Notes under the pieces: model-generated | The model's database searches: none | The model's input: the letters and a program-made list of their open reading frames with translations, nothing else | What the model was told of the DNA's origin: nothing | Virus record (IMG/VR): IMGVR_UViG_3300049737_000287 | Location: 1-24,772 of that record | Length of the DNA: 24,772 nucleotides | Strand: one strand, 5' to 3' | Source of the DNA: a virus | Taxonomy: Duplodnaviria; Caudoviricetes | Position numbers and translations under genes: made by a program | In this document: piece by piece, positions 24,633-24,772 of the stretch | Layout of the letters: every line of letters starts with the position of its first letter | Position numbering within the stretch: position 1 is the first letter of the stretch

Positions 24633-24772
24633 ATGGCATTTAGTTTATCGTCGAGAAGTCGAGGAAAATTAGAAGGCGTTCATCCCGATATGATCGCTGT
24701 AGTTGAAACTGCAATAACTCTTACTAAAATTGACTTTGGCGTAACATATGGTGTAAGAACTTTAGAAGAACA
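24633..24772 (+). CDS. M15-family (L-Ala-D-Glu) peptidase endolysin, 3'-truncated
   Basis: MAFSLSSRSRGKLEGVHPDMIAVVETAITLTKIDFGVTYGVRTLEE resembles the N-terminus of T5-like endolysins (L.GVHP.L...DF....G.RT); AGGAG RBS. The catalytic residues lie beyond the window. Confidence 0.78.
   Translation, partial: MAFSLSSRSRGKLEGVHPDMIAVVETAITLTKIDFGVTYGVRTLEE

Noticed and set aside
1-24772. Stop-codon reassignment, CRISPR arrays, tRNA genes
   Set aside because: Genes are intact in the standard bacterial code and use TAA, TAG and TGA as stops. Intergenic gaps are short, and no repeat-spacer or cloverleaf pattern was seen.

Overview
An AT-rich, uninterrupted segment of a T4-like myovirus (contractile-tailed dsDNA phage) with the gene order typical of marine T4-like phages. 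All credible long genes are on the + strand. It runs: a partial basic ORF, then packaging, tail and head genes gp16-17-18-19-20-67-(two small ORFs)-21-22-23 with no gp24, a terminator, gp3, a conserved hypothetical, uvsY, uvsW, gp55, gp47, gp46, gp45 and gp44. An inserted cassette (small ORF, truncated phosphoribosyltransferase, GMP reductase guaC) follows, then gp62 and regA. Next is an accessory block of small membrane proteins (one resembling alphaproteobacterial aa3 cytochrome c oxidase subunit IV, one DoxX-like), hsp20, two small ORFs and the start of an M15-type endolysin. T4 late promoters (TATAAATA) and sigma70-type promoters (T(T/G)TAC(A/T)-17-TATAAT) are visible. Most notable observations: (1) a ROSE-like RNA thermometer sequestering the hsp20 ribosome-binding site; (2) a CtaH/COX IV-like phage membrane protein; (3) a near-consensus antisense promoter with a G-rich leader and mini-ORF, back-to-back with the gp55 promoter; (4) a late promoter abutting a terminator-like hairpin in front of the endolysin; (5) a PRTase+guaC cassette splitting the clamp-loader genes. 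Several clues suggest an alphaproteobacterial host (inference). All family assignments come from recalled motifs and synteny, not database searches.
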